Shown one piece after another: positions 44,219 to 55,047 of a stretch of DNA of 64,000 nt. The notes below the pieces were generated by a model, which was given only the letters and a program-made list of their open reading frames with translations, did no database searches and was not told the DNA's origin. Within the stretch, counting starts at the first letter, position 1; each line of letters opens with the position of its first letter. A program made the translations under genes and the position numbers. This stretch comes from Nitrospinales bacterium (GTDB taxonomy: Bacteria > Nitrospinota > Nitrospinia > Nitrospinales > VA-1), in the NCBI GenBank assembly GCA_965223795.1, contig CBDCXL010000002.1:352001-416000 (forward strand). The letters are read 5' to 3'.

Positions 44219-44980
44219 ATGGAAGGTCTATTGACATTGTTGATTCTTCTGGGCGTTCTGCTCTTCAGCGCCTTCAAGATCCTGCGCGAGTACGAGAGGG
44301 GCGTGATCTTTCTTCTGGGTAAATTCTGGAAAGTGAAGGGGCCGGGCCTCATCCTCGTCATCCCTTTCCTGCAGAAAATGGTGAAGGTGAGCCTCAGGAC
44401 GGTGGTCATGGACGTTCCGCCTCAGGACATCATCACCAGCGACAACGTGACGGTGAAGGTGAACGCGGTGGTGTATTTTAGGGTGATCGATCCCCGGAGC
44501 GCCATCATCGAAGTGGAGGACTATCTGTACGCCACCTCGCAGCTGTCGCAGACGACGCTGCGCAGCATTCTGGGACAGAGCCAGCTCGACGATCTGCTGT
44601 CGCGCCGGGATGAAATCAACGTCCATCTGCAAAAAGTGATCGACGAGCAGACCGAGCCCTGGGGCGTCAAGGTCGCCAATGTGGAGGTGAAAAACGTCGA
44701 CCTGCCGCAGGAGATGCAGCGGGCGCTCGCCAAGCAGGCGGAAGCGGAGCGGGAACGGCGCGCCAAGGTGATCAACGCGCAGGGCGAATACGAAGCGGCG
44801 GAGAAGATCAGCGAAGCGGCGGACCGCATCGGCGCGCATCCGCCGGCGCTGCAGCTCAGGTTCCTGCAGACGATGCTGGACATGTCCACCGAGCGCAGCA
44901 CGATGACGTTCGTGCCGATACCGATGGACCTGTTCGACCAGTTTAAAAAGAAAGACAACAAGGGCGACGCGAACGCCTGA
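44219..44980 (+). CDS. SPFH/stomatin (slipin) protein
   Basis: [41 protein letters not shown]. Confidence 0.95.
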   Translation: MEGLLTLLILLGVLLFSAFKILREYERGVIFLLGKFWKVKGPGLILVIPFLQKMVKVSLRTVVMDVPPQDIITSDNVTVKVNAVVYFRVIDPRSAIIEVEDYLYATSQLSQTTLRSILGQSQLDDLLSRRDEINVHLQKVIDEQTEPWGVKVANVEVKNVDLPQEMQRALAKQAEAERERRAKVINAQGEYEAAEKISEAADRIGAHPPALQLRFLQTMLDMSTERSTMTFVPIPMDLFDQFKKKDNKGDANA

Positions 44981-45157
44981 CGCCGGTTCGGGACTGAATT
45001 CGGGCTGTGCCACTCCACAGTCCGGGTGAAACGGCCCGCGGGGCTTTGTAACTCCTTACTTTCAGGATCTCTACGGCGATGCCCCGGCACCCGGCGAGGG
45101 TGTTGGGATTTGGTTTTGAATGTACTACAATGAGAGTGTCGTTTTCCGAGCCGCTTG

Positions 45158-48100
45158 ATGGAATCCTACTCTGCAATCGAAAATTTTCTCCGGCGGATCC
45201 AGCAGATCCGGTCGGGGAATCTCGCCCTCAAGGGGGTTTACTGCCTGCTTGCGGTGACGGGCGGGGTCTATCTGGCTGGCAATCTGCTCGCCTATTTCAA
45301 CGTCCCTCATCTGGAGACGTTCAAGCTGCCGCTTTTGATCCTGGCGGCGGCCGCCATCGGGTTCACGTTATACCGGACGTTTTTTAAAGCCGCGTACGCG
45401 TTTTTCTCGCTGGACGACGCGGCGCTGCTCACGGAAGCGAAGCATCCGGGCCTCAACAACGCGCTCATCAACGCCTCGCAGCTTCTCCGCCAGCTCTCGG
45501 ACCCGATGCGCGAGGCGCAGGTTTCCTTTCCGCTGATCCAGGAGCAGCTTCGGCGCACGCAGGGGCTGATCGAGAAGATCAAACCCGAATCGGTGGTGGA
45601 CGATGCGGACAGCGAGAAAAGCCGCAACGTGTTTTTCGGAACCGCGCTGGCTCTGCTGCTGGCGGTTTTTGTGCTGCCGAATTTTCTTTCCCGGGGATAC
45701 CAAAACTGGATGACGCCGCCCGTTCCCCAGACCGCGGCGGTGCCGGAGGTTGTGGAAAAAACCCGGGAACCCGCCAAAGCGGAGGCGGTGGTCCCAAAGG
45801 TTCAGGATCTGCGCCTCACCTATCACTATCCCGCCTACTCCCGCAAGCAACGAAAAGTGATCGATCCGGCGGACGGCAGCGTCTTCGTGCTGCCGGGGAC
45901 CGAGGTGCAGGTGGAGGCGACGGCGGTGCCTAAGGTGGCGGGGGCGGAACTGGTGCTGAACGGCAGGGATCATTTCACCATGCAGGTGCAGGATGCGGGC
46001 CGGCTCAAGTCGCAGGTGCTGATCAAGGAACCGGGGTTCTACCAGTTTCAGGTCAAGGACGCCTCCGGCGAACGCCACCTGCTCGCCAAAAAATATGAAA
46101 TCTCCCTGGAAAAGGACGGTCCGCCCAGTGTCACGCTGTTCATCGCCAATCCCAAGCCGGTGTACTACGCCAACTCCAAGGTGGAGCTGTTCTATGAGGT
46201 GCAGGACGATTACGGCATTGAGGAAATCGAACTGGTCGCCATCATCAACGGCAACCCCGCCGCCATCCCGGTCAAGCGGCTGAAGGACGGGGAAACATCG
46301 GTCAAGGGCAGCTATTCCTGGAACCTGGGAACGCTGGAATTCGGGCCGGGCGACGAGGTGCAGTATTACCTGGAATCGAAGGACAACGACAACGTGCTCG
46401 GTCCCAACGTGGGCCAGTCGGAAACCTTCAGCTTCACGATCTTCGACTCGCGCAAGGAGCGGGAGGATCTGATCCTGCTGCAGGAGGAACTGACGGAAAA
46501 ACTCATCGCCCAGCTGGCGGTGAGCCTGGTGGCCGGCAGCGATTTCGTCAAGGGTGCGCCCAAGGACGCGATGCACTGGAAAAACCATTTCGTGGGCAGC
46601 GCCGACGCGCTCATTGAGATCATCGGGCTGGCCCAGAGGATCGAGGAGCGGGCCAAGACGCTGGAATATTTTCCGCGGCCGTATTTCGATTTTCTCAAAA
46701 ACGTCATTTCCGGGCTCACCCGCATCCGCGATCAGCAGATCGTCATGATCAACCAGATTCAAAACACGGTGATGAAGACCACGCCCGTGGGGTACAGCGT
46801 GTTCGCGGTGGAGACGCTCAACGACAGGCTGGTCTCGCATCTGGAAACGGACGTGCTGTTCCTGATCCGCATGACCAACCGGCAGAAGCTGGATCAGGTG
46901 ATGGATCTGGAAAACCAGCTCAACGAGCTGACCCAGTCGCTGAGCGAGGAATTCGAAAAGCTCCGCGACAAGCAGGCGCCGAAGATGCCGGCGGAGATCA
47001 AGGCGAAGGTCGAGCAGATCAAGCAGACCATGCAGAAGATCATGGAACAGCTGGCGCGCCAGACGCAGGCGATGCCGGACGAGTTTCTCAACGCCAATGC
47101 GTTCGAGAGCCTGAACCTCGAGCAGTTCTCCGCCTCGCTGGACCGCATCATGGACCTTGCGAACCGGGGCAAAATGGACGAGGCGCTGGAAGAGCTGCAA
47201 AAGACCATGGAAGACCTGCAGACCCTCGCCAACCAGCTCGATCAGGCGCGCTCGGACATGGACGAGCTGGTGGACATGGAGCTGATGCAGAAGCTGGAAG
47301 ACGCGATGCAGGAGATCCTGCGGCTTGAGGAAGAGCAGAAAAAACTGTTGGAGCAGACCACGGACATCAACCAGAAACTGCGCGAAGCGCAGACGCAGAA
47401 CTTTGAGAGCGCGCTCAAAAACCTGTTCGAGGAACTCAAAAAAGACATCCAGGCCATCCAGTCGATCTTCAACGAAGACGACGCCTACCTGAACAACCAC
47501 CCCACCATGCAGGCGCTGAGCCGGCTGATGGATCAGGAAATGAGCGTGAGCCAGAAGATCCAGGAGTTGAGCCAGAAAACGGTCGATTCCAGCCTCGATG
47601 AGGATCTGGACAAAAACTTCAAGGCGCTGAATCAGCAGCGGCGGGAACTCTCCCGGCTGACGTCGGAGATGGACGCGCTCAGGGTGGACGTGTTCCAGAA
47701 GTTCCAGACGGCGCTGCCCGAGCTGCAGGGCAAATATCAGGCGCTCGATGAGATGGCGGACCTGTTCGATCTGAACGAATTCAACAATCTGTTCAAGAGC
47801 ACCTATCCGGAGGTGTTTCAGTGGCAGAACTCCATCCGCACCATCCCCAACCAGCGCGTGGATTTGCAGGACAGGCTGAGCCAGGATCTCAAGGAAGTGA
47901 CCCGGCTCAACAGCGAGATCTCCAAGAAACTGGGTTCGCTGATGCGCATGATCCGCGACAGCGACCAGTCGCTGCTGTCGGAAAAGGACAAACAGGAGCT
48001 GGAAAAAATGGCGGGCCAGGAAAAGGAAATGCAGCAGTCGGCGGACCGGCTGTCGCAGCAGTTCGGCCAGATCAACCGCGAAAACCCCATGATCACGCCG

Positions 48101-48499
48101 GAGCTTTCCGCCAAGATGGCGCGCACGGGACGCTACATGCAGCAGGCGGAAACGAACCTCGGCAAGCACCACGTGCAGCGCAGCATCGAGGCGGAAAACC
48201 GGGCTCTCAGGGAACTGGGCGAGGCCCGCGAGATGCTGCAGGAGATCAAGGAATCGAACCGGCAGATGTCGCAGCGCTCCGCCCGCTCCACGCCGCTCAA
48301 ATTCGGCACCGGCCGGGCGCGCGACCCCAGGCGCGGCGGATCGGCGCGCATGCAGAAGGAAAAAGTCAACCTGCCTTCGGAGGATCAGTACCGGGTGCCG
48401 AGCGAGTTCCGCGATGAAATCCTCAAGGCCATGAAGAAGAACACGCCGAAAAGTTACGAACGGCTGGTGATGGAATACTACAAGGAGCTGGTGAAATGA
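45158..48499 (+). CDS. Large membrane-anchored coiled-coil protein (DUF4175-like)
   Basis: N-terminal TMs, YHYPAY, DDYGI, GDEVQYYLESKDND, long Q/E coiled coil, terminal YYKELVK. Confidence 0.78.
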   Translation: MESYSAIENFLRRIQQIRSGNLALKGVYCLLAVTGGVYLAGNLLAYFNVPHLETFKLPLLILAAAAIGFTLYRTFFKAAYAFFSLDDAALLTEAKHPGLNNALINASQLLRQLSDPMREAQVSFPLIQEQLRRTQGLIEKIKPESVVDDADSEKSRNVFFGTALALLLAVFVLPNFLSRGYQNWMTPPVPQTAAVPEVVEKTREPAKAEAVVPKVQDLRLTYHYPAYSRKQRKVIDPADGSVFVLPGTEVQVEATAVPKVAGAELVLNGRDHFTMQVQDAGRLKSQVLIKEPGFYQFQVKDASGERHLLAKKYEISLEKDGPPSVTLFIANPKPVYYANSKVELFYEVQDDYGIEEIELVAIINGNPAAIPVKRLKDGETSVKGSYSWNLGTLEFGPGDEVQYYLESKDNDNVLGPNVGQSETFSFTIFDSRKEREDLILLQEELTEKLIAQLAVSLVAGSDFVKGAPKDAMHWKNHFVGSADALIEIIGLAQRIEERAKTLEYFPRPYFDFLKNVISGLTRIRDQQIVMINQIQNTVMKTTPVGYSVFAVETLNDRLVSHLETDVLFLIRMTNRQKLDQVMDLENQLNELTQSLSEEFEKLRDKQAPKMPAEIKAKVEQIKQTMQKIMEQLARQTQAMPDEFLNANAFESLNLEQFSASLDRIMDLANRGKMDEALEELQKTMEDLQTLANQLDQARSDMDELVDMELMQKLEDAMQEILRLEEEQKKLLEQTTDINQKLREAQTQNFESALKNLFEELKKDIQAIQSIFNEDDAYLNNHPTMQALSRLMDQEMSVSQKIQELSQKTVDSSLDEDLDKNFKALNQQRRELSRLTSEMDALRVDVFQKFQTALPELQGKYQALDEMADLFDLNEFNNLFKSTYPEVFQWQNSIRTIPNQRVDLQDRLSQDLKEVTRLNSEISKKLGSLMRMIRDSDQSLLSEKDKQELEKMAGQEKEMQQSADRLSQQFGQINRENPMITPELSAKMARTGRYMQQAETNLGKHHVQRSIEAENRALRELGEAREMLQEIKESNRQMSQRSARSTPLKFGTGRARDPRRGGSARMQKEKVNLPSEDQYRVPSEFRDEILKAMKKNTPKSYERLVMEYYKELVK

Positions 48500-50064
48500 C
48501 GCGGTCCGCGCAGGCACTCACGACCGGGCTGTTGCTCGCCGTCCTCATCGCCGCCGTACCGCTGGCGCGGGCGGCCGAGGTCACGCCGGAAGCGATCTAC
48601 GAAGGCCACCGGCTGGTCGAGGACTGGCGCATCCAGGAAGCGGACGCGTACGCGCAGAAGCTCATGAAAGCCAATCCCAAATCCGGCGACGTGCATTTTC
48701 TGCAGGCGCGGGTGGAGTTTTTCAAGGGCAATTACGATTACGCCTGGAAGCTGCTCAAGCGGGTGGACAGCACCCGCGATGTGGTGCGCGAGTTCAAGTC
48801 GCTGGTGAACGAAACGCGCCAGGCGGCGCAGCCGTTCGTGACGCGGGAGTCGGAGCATTTCATCTTCAAGTTCGTCAAGGGTCCGGATGAAATCCTGGTG
48901 CATTACGCCGAGGAAGCGCTGGAGGCGTCGTACCAGGTTCTCGGTGAACTGCTGGATTATTATCCCGAGGAAAAAGTACGGGTCGAGATCTACCCGGACC
49001 GGGAGCCGCTGTCGCAGGTGTCGCCTCTGACGCGCAAGGACATCATCACCTCGGGCACCGTCGCGCTGTGCAAGTACAACCGGCTGATGCTGATCTCCCC
49101 GGCGTCTCTGGTGCGCGGCTACAACTGGCTGGACACGCTGAGCCACGAATACATCCATTATCTTCTGACCAAGAAAAGCCGCAACAACCTGCCGCTGTGG
49201 ATGCACGAGGGCATCGCCAAATACTTCGAGAACCGCTGGCGCAAGGGCAGGGATTTTCTCACCCCGCTCATGGAAACGGTGCTGGGGACCGGCCTCAAGA
49301 ACGATTACCTCATTTCACTGGACAGCATGATGCCTTCGCTCGCCAAGCTCAAGACGCAGGAGGACGTGCAGCTGGCCTACGCGGAAGTGGCCTCGATGAT
49401 CGACTTTCTGGTCGAGCTGCGCGGACAGGAAACCCTGCCGCTTCTGCTTTCCGACCTGGCGGCGGGACAGGAATTCGAATCTTCGCTGCAGCACAGACTG
49501 GGCATGGACCTGGATACGTTTCAGACGCAGTGGAAAGAGTCCGTTCGGGCCAAGAAGCTCAAAACCATTCCGGGATTGAAGACACTGGAGAAACGCTTCA
49601 AGAAAGCCCGCGGCATGGATGAGGATAAGAAGGCGTACCGCGAGGTGGGCAAAAGCCGTTCGCAGGACCTCACCTTCCTGGGGGATATCCTGAAATCCCG
49701 CAACGAGTTCAAGGCGGCGATCGTGGAATACGAAAAGGCCTTCAAGGAATCGGAAGAGCGTTCGCCGATCCTGTACAACAAACTGGCCGGGACCTATATG
49801 ATCCTCAAGGACAACGAGCGGGCGGAATCCTACCTGAAAACCACGCTGGAGCATTACCCGGATTTTCACACGACTCTGGTCAATCTGGCCGAACTGTACT
49901 TCACCACCGGCCAGCACAAAAAGGCGCTGACTTATTTTCAGCGGGCCGTGCGTATCAATCCGTTCAATCCGTTCGTGCATATCCGGCTGATCGACCTGTA
50001 CGAAGCGCTCGACATGCCGGAGGAGAAAAAACTGCAGGAGAGCCTGTACAAATTCATCGAGTGA
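48496..50064 (+). CDS. Exported TPR protein with peptidase MA-type (HExxH) domain
   Basis: Signal peptide, HEYIH...PLWMHEGIA, TPR helices at both ends. Confidence 0.85.
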   Translation: MTRSAQALTTGLLLAVLIAAVPLARAAEVTPEAIYEGHRLVEDWRIQEADAYAQKLMKANPKSGDVHFLQARVEFFKGNYDYAWKLLKRVDSTRDVVREFKSLVNETRQAAQPFVTRESEHFIFKFVKGPDEILVHYAEEALEASYQVLGELLDYYPEEKVRVEIYPDREPLSQVSPLTRKDIITSGTVALCKYNRLMLISPASLVRGYNWLDTLSHEYIHYLLTKKSRNNLPLWMHEGIAKYFENRWRKGRDFLTPLMETVLGTGLKNDYLISLDSMMPSLAKLKTQEDVQLAYAEVASMIDFLVELRGQETLPLLLSDLAAGQEFESSLQHRLGMDLDTFQTQWKESVRAKKLKTIPGLKTLEKRFKKARGMDEDKKAYREVGKSRSQDLTFLGDILKSRNEFKAAIVEYEKAFKESEERSPILYNKLAGTYMILKDNERAESYLKTTLEHYPDFHTTLVNLAELYFTTGQHKKALTYFQRAVRINPFNPFVHIRLIDLYEALDMPEEKKLQESLYKFIE

Positions 50065-50107
50065 GCGGGACGGGCGCCATTCAAAATCAACCGACAGGAA
50101 CGTTTTC

Positions 50108-51094
<987 letters not shown>

Positions 51095-51158
51095 GAGGGC
51101 GGCTCACCGCAAAAAGACCTCACCCTAAACCGCGAACAAGGCGGCACTCCATGAATAC

Positions 51159-51464
51159 ATGAAGAATATTCAGGTTATCGACGGAGCGGAAAACTGCACC
51201 TATGACTTATTTGCCATCGATGATGCGGATTTTGATTTGATTTTTCCTGAAGGCAGGGACATCGAATTCATAGACGATTTTATCGACAGAGTTGGAGAAG
51301 AAAAAGCGGGTAAAATAATGGAGAAAGTCTGGAAAAACTGGATGGACAAAAAGAACGCTCATGGAATTCATGGAACGATTTTCTATGAACTCGAATACAA
51401 AAAGAAATATTATCCCAACAAAAATGAAAGAGATATTTTTGTGAATTATCGGAAAGACGACTGA
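51159..51464 (+). CDS. AT-rich hypothetical protein
   Basis: 101-aa ORF with base composition clearly unlike its neighbours. Confidence 0.7.
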   Translation: MKNIQVIDGAENCTYDLFAIDDADFDLIFPEGRDIEFIDDFIDRVGEEKAGKIMEKVWKNWMDKKNAHGIHGTIFYELEYKKKYYPNKNERDIFVNYRKDD

Positions 51465-51640
51465 GATCAAAAACCATCTCTCCAACCTACCGAAACGCAG
51501 CAAATATAGGTTTTGAAAATACAATTGCATTCAAATTCGCTCTCCGCCTATTTTTTGCGACGCAATCGCCACATTGCGTTGACCCGCTCTTGACATATCC
51601 CGACTACACTGAACGATGAGCCGCTTCAGGCTGAATCGGG

Positions 51641-52147
51641 ATGGTTCAGGAAAAGCGTCCGTTGTCCCACCCACAAGGCCGGGGTTTGAGCGTGATCCAG
51701 AAAGCCCAGGAAAACGAGTTCCAGCAAGCGCAGCCGGGCGCACCGGTTGACCAGGACGGTGTCATCCTGTTCGACGGCGTGTGCAACCTGTGCAACGGCT
51801 GGGTCCACTTCGTGATCGACCGCGATCCGGACAAACACTTCCGCTTCGCGGCGCTGCAATCGGAGGCGGGCCGGCGCGTATTGCGCCAAGCCGGACTTGC
51901 GGAAGACTTCCTCGACAGCATCGTGCTCATCGACAACGGCACACCCTACCTTTATTCCACCTCCATCCTGAAAACCCTGAAGCGCCTCAAAAAACCGTGG
52001 CCGCTTTTGTCCCTGTTCTCCCTCGTGCCTCAAGGGCTCAGGGACCGGGTGTACCGCTGGGTCGCGGCGAGACGGTATGCCCGTTTCGGCAAGCTGGATT
52101 CCTGCCGGATGCCGACGCCGGACCTGGAATCCCGTTTTCTCAAGTGA
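51641..52147 (+). CDS. DCC1-like thiol-disulfide oxidoreductase (DUF393)
   Basis: ILFDGVCNLC, FAALQSE, RDRVYRWVAARRY. Start may be downstream (GTG 51692). Confidence 0.9.
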   Translation: MVQEKRPLSHPQGRGLSVIQKAQENEFQQAQPGAPVDQDGVILFDGVCNLCNGWVHFVIDRDPDKHFRFAALQSEAGRRVLRQAGLAEDFLDSIVLIDNGTPYLYSTSILKTLKRLKKPWPLLSLFSLVPQGLRDRVYRWVAARRYARFGKLDSCRMPTPDLESRFLK

Positions 52148-52231
52148 CGGTGAAGCCCGTATAGATAGTAATGCCGCTCTCCGGCCGGACGGGCGCAATC
52201 GAACCTGCATGGATGGAATGCTGTGGATCGC

Positions 52232-52582
52232 ATGGGAAGCAGACTGAAAATCGGGATCGCGGCGGGACTGCTGCTGTTTCAGCTCGGCATGATCGGCTAC
52301 GCCCGCTTTGTGCCGGAGCGGTTTTTCTGCTGGGCGCCGTTCGACTCGCAGAGCCGGTATGCCATCCAGGTGGTGATGCCGGACCGGGCGCTCACAGCCG
52401 ATGAAATCGAGGCGCGCTACCGCATCCCGCAACAGGGATCGGACAACCGCGCCATCGCGCACATCATAAAAATCGTTCAGCAGTACGAGGAAACCTACGG
52501 CGCGGCCGATCGCGCCGCGGTGAAACTCAGCTACACCGTCAACGGCAGAAAGGAGCGGGCATGGCACTGGCGCGCACATTGA
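52232..52582 (+). CDS. Small membrane-anchored hypothetical protein
   Basis: N-terminal TM, FCWAP. Overlaps the start of the next gene. Confidence 0.7.
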   Translation: MGSRLKIGIAAGLLLFQLGMIGYARFVPERFFCWAPFDSQSRYAIQVVMPDRALTADEIEARYRIPQQGSDNRAIAHIIKIVQQYEETYGAADRAAVKLSYTVNGRKERAWHWRAH

Positions 52583-53830
52583 AACGTTGGGCGGGATCCG
52601 ACGTGAGCCCGCTGCGCGTCACGGGCACGGCGCTGCCCGGCAACCTTCTGCTTGATGGCCAGGCTGATCATCCTGTGCCTGCTTCTGTTCTCGGAATGGC
52701 GGCACTTCAAGGTTCCCTTCCTGCCTCTCGTTCCCGCGTTCGATGCGCTGCGGTCGTTCGAAGCGTTTCCGCTGATCCTGCACGCGGCGTTTTTTTTCGG
52801 CGTGCTCTGTGTGCTGTTCAACCGCTCGGTGCGGACGGGCTGCCTGCTGGTGGGCCTCGCCGTGTTGCTCGCCATACTGGCGGGCCGGATCGAGTACCGC
52901 AACCACAGCGTGCTGGCCTCGTTCCTGTTGATCCTGATCGGCCTGCACACGGGGAAGCACACGCTGGCGCTATTGCGGCTGCAAATCGCGGTCGTGTATT
53001 TCGGCGCCGGGCTGAACAAGGTCCTCGATCCGGACTGGCTCGACGGACGGTTTTTCGAATACTGGACGCACGAGCGTTTGAACCACGCTCCCTACATGCT
53101 GGCGGCTTCGTATTTCCCGCCGATGCTGCTGTCCAGGCTGATGAGCTGGACCACGATCTTTCTGGAGTTCAGCATCGCGCTCGGGTTTCTGATCCCGCGA
53201 TTTTATGTCGTGAGCGTGTGGCTGGGGATCGCCCTGCACACGTCGATCATGCTGTTCACGATCGAAACCGCCAACCTGCAGGGCCTGTTCGCGTATTTTT
53301 TTCCGGTTGCCGTTGCTTCTTATCTCGCGTTTTTCAAATGGCCCAAAGGGGCGATCAACATCTCGTACGATCCCGGCCACGCGGTGAGCCGCACGCTGCA
53401 AAGCATTTCCCGCTTAATCGATTGGGACCGCCGCTTTTGCTGGCGGCCGTTTCCGCACAACCCGAACGCGAAGGGCAACCGGCCTTATCTGCTGTTGACG
53501 GTCCGCGGCAGGACCTGGGCGGATCTCAAAGCGCTGCGGCTGTTTCTGCTCTGGAACCCGGCGACCTACCTCGCCTGGTACTGTGGATTTCTGTTCCTGT
53601 TCCGCGCGCTGCCGTTTGCGGCCGGGCTGGTATTCGATTCGCGCTACATTCCCTTCGGCGCCGTGGTCAAAGCTCTGTACGTCCTGGTTCCTGCGGTTTT
53701 CTTCTTCCCGCTGTTCACCGCCTGGATCGATTCCGGGCTGAAGCGTTTGGGGAGCCGTCCCTCCCCTGAGGTGCACCCAGCACAGCGCAGTGCAATGCGC
53801 CCGGAAACACCGCATCCTTCTCAACGCTGA
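52561..53830 (+). CDS. HTTM-like polytopic membrane protein with apparent frameshift near 52651
   Basis: YRNH, RLQIAVVYFGAGLNKVLDPDWLDG are HTTM-like motifs. The N-terminal 30 codons lie in another frame (ATG 52561, GGAG RBS). Confidence 0.65.
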
Positions 53831-54006
53831 GGCAGAACCGAGGAACATCAAATCCGATGTATGCTCAAACGAACCAGCGATACGGGGAAATGGAGTCAAC
53901 GACTGCATGCTGAAAGTCCGCATCCTAGCGCAGAGCTGAAGAACACCCCATATCTTCCATGAAGCCGGGAACGCAATCTGAGCTTTACTCGACGAGCGAT
54001 CAACCT

Positions 54007-54025
54007 CCTCTCCCCTGGAGGGAGA
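54007..54025. repeat. Repeat family B hairpin, uninterrupted copy
   Basis: Reverse complement TCTCCCTCCAGGGGAGAGG equals the 43167 element with its insert removed. Confidence 0.7.
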
Positions 54026-54150
54026 ATAAAATTTCTCTTACGAGAATTTACGCTCGATCTTCCGATCTGAATTCGTCTGATAAAGCTAAAAAATAAAAAA
54101 CTGCGAGAACAGGAACTTCAGTTTCCACTCTGAACCCTGGTTGGGCAGGA

Positions 54151-54795
54151 TTACGAAAGAGGCTTGATGAGGTCGTCGGCGTTCCAGTTCACGGACAGGC
54201 GTCTGCGTTCGCCGGAGCGGGTCTCGTAGTTGACGTAGCCCTCTTTCTGGCCGAACAGGAACAGGTCGCGGGTGATCTCCACGTCCTTGATGCAGTACTC
54301 GACGATCTGGTCGATCTTGCCTTCCTTGAACCATTGCAGGGCGATGAGACCGTCGGCGGATTTTTCCGAGCCTAAGGTGTGGTGCGCCAGGTGGTTGAGA
54401 CTCAACCGGTGGTTGAGCTTGCTCTTGACGTCGTCCAGCATGTCGAAGGTGGGGATCTCCTCGAGGTCGAAATCCTTGGAGTAATGCTGCAGGACGGTGT
54501 AGTCGAATCCCTTGACGTTGAAGCCGACGACGAGATCGGCGGTTTTGAGCTTTTCGACCAGCTTGCCTTGCTCCACATCCGATTCCAGGTAGGTGTGGTA
54601 TTTGCCGTCGATGCTGTCCCAGACGACGCCCACGGATATGAGCATTTTGTGGATGTTGCCCCAGCCGCCCACCTCGTCGGCGCTCTTCTGGGTTTCCAGG
54701 TCGAAATACTGGATGCGCCACGGGGAATCCGTGGTTTTCGCGGCAGGGGCCGTTTCTACCTGGGGTTCGCCGAATAAATCGAGCTGATCTGTCAT
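54151..54795 (-). CDS. RNase H-like (YprB/DEDD) domain protein
   Basis: YFDLETQ, VGFNVKGFD, YCIKDV. Confidence 0.85.
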   Translation of the reverse strand: MTDQLDLFGEPQVETAPAAKTTDSPWRIQYFDLETQKSADEVGGWGNIHKMLISVGVVWDSIDGKYHTYLESDVEQGKLVEKLKTADLVVGFNVKGFDYTVLQHYSKDFDLEEIPTFDMLDDVKSKLNHRLSLNHLAHHTLGSEKSADGLIALQWFKEGKIDQIVEYCIKDVEITRDLFLFGQKEGYVNYETRSGERRRLSVNWNADDLIKPLS

Positions 54796-54966
54796 TTTCC
54801 GCCCAAAATTCAAGGAAATTCGCTATGCCGGTACTTTATCACCCCTCCTGCCGGAATCAACCCCTTTTTAATAACCGGTTCATATTCAATGGTTTGCGTG
54901 CACAATCCCGGAAAATCCGGGTACGGACCCAAAATCAGGCGTTTGCGTGAAAAATGATTAAAAATC

Positions 54967-54994
54967 TAAAGTTTACAATTTGTTAGGCCGTTAA
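54967..54994 (+). promoter_or_regulatory. Sigma-28 (FliA)-type promoter of fliD
   Basis: TAAAGTTT...GCCGTTAA, spacing one base longer than consensus, upstream of a late flagellar gene. Confidence 0.6.
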
Positions 54995-55047
54995 TCTTTC
55001 CTGGTAAGGTATGAATTCCAATTTGGTTTGAGAGGCGAAGGGTTCCC

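Noticed and set aside
45368..48517. Very long antisense ORFs (this 1049-aa one, also 532-2403, 25060-26652 and others)
   Set aside because: Shadow frames of GC-rich genes on the opposite strand, with no recognisable motifs
53831..54150. Possible small gene or ncRNA in the 320-bp convergent spacer
   Set aside because: No convincing ORF with RBS, and no recognisable RNA fold beyond the family B hairpin
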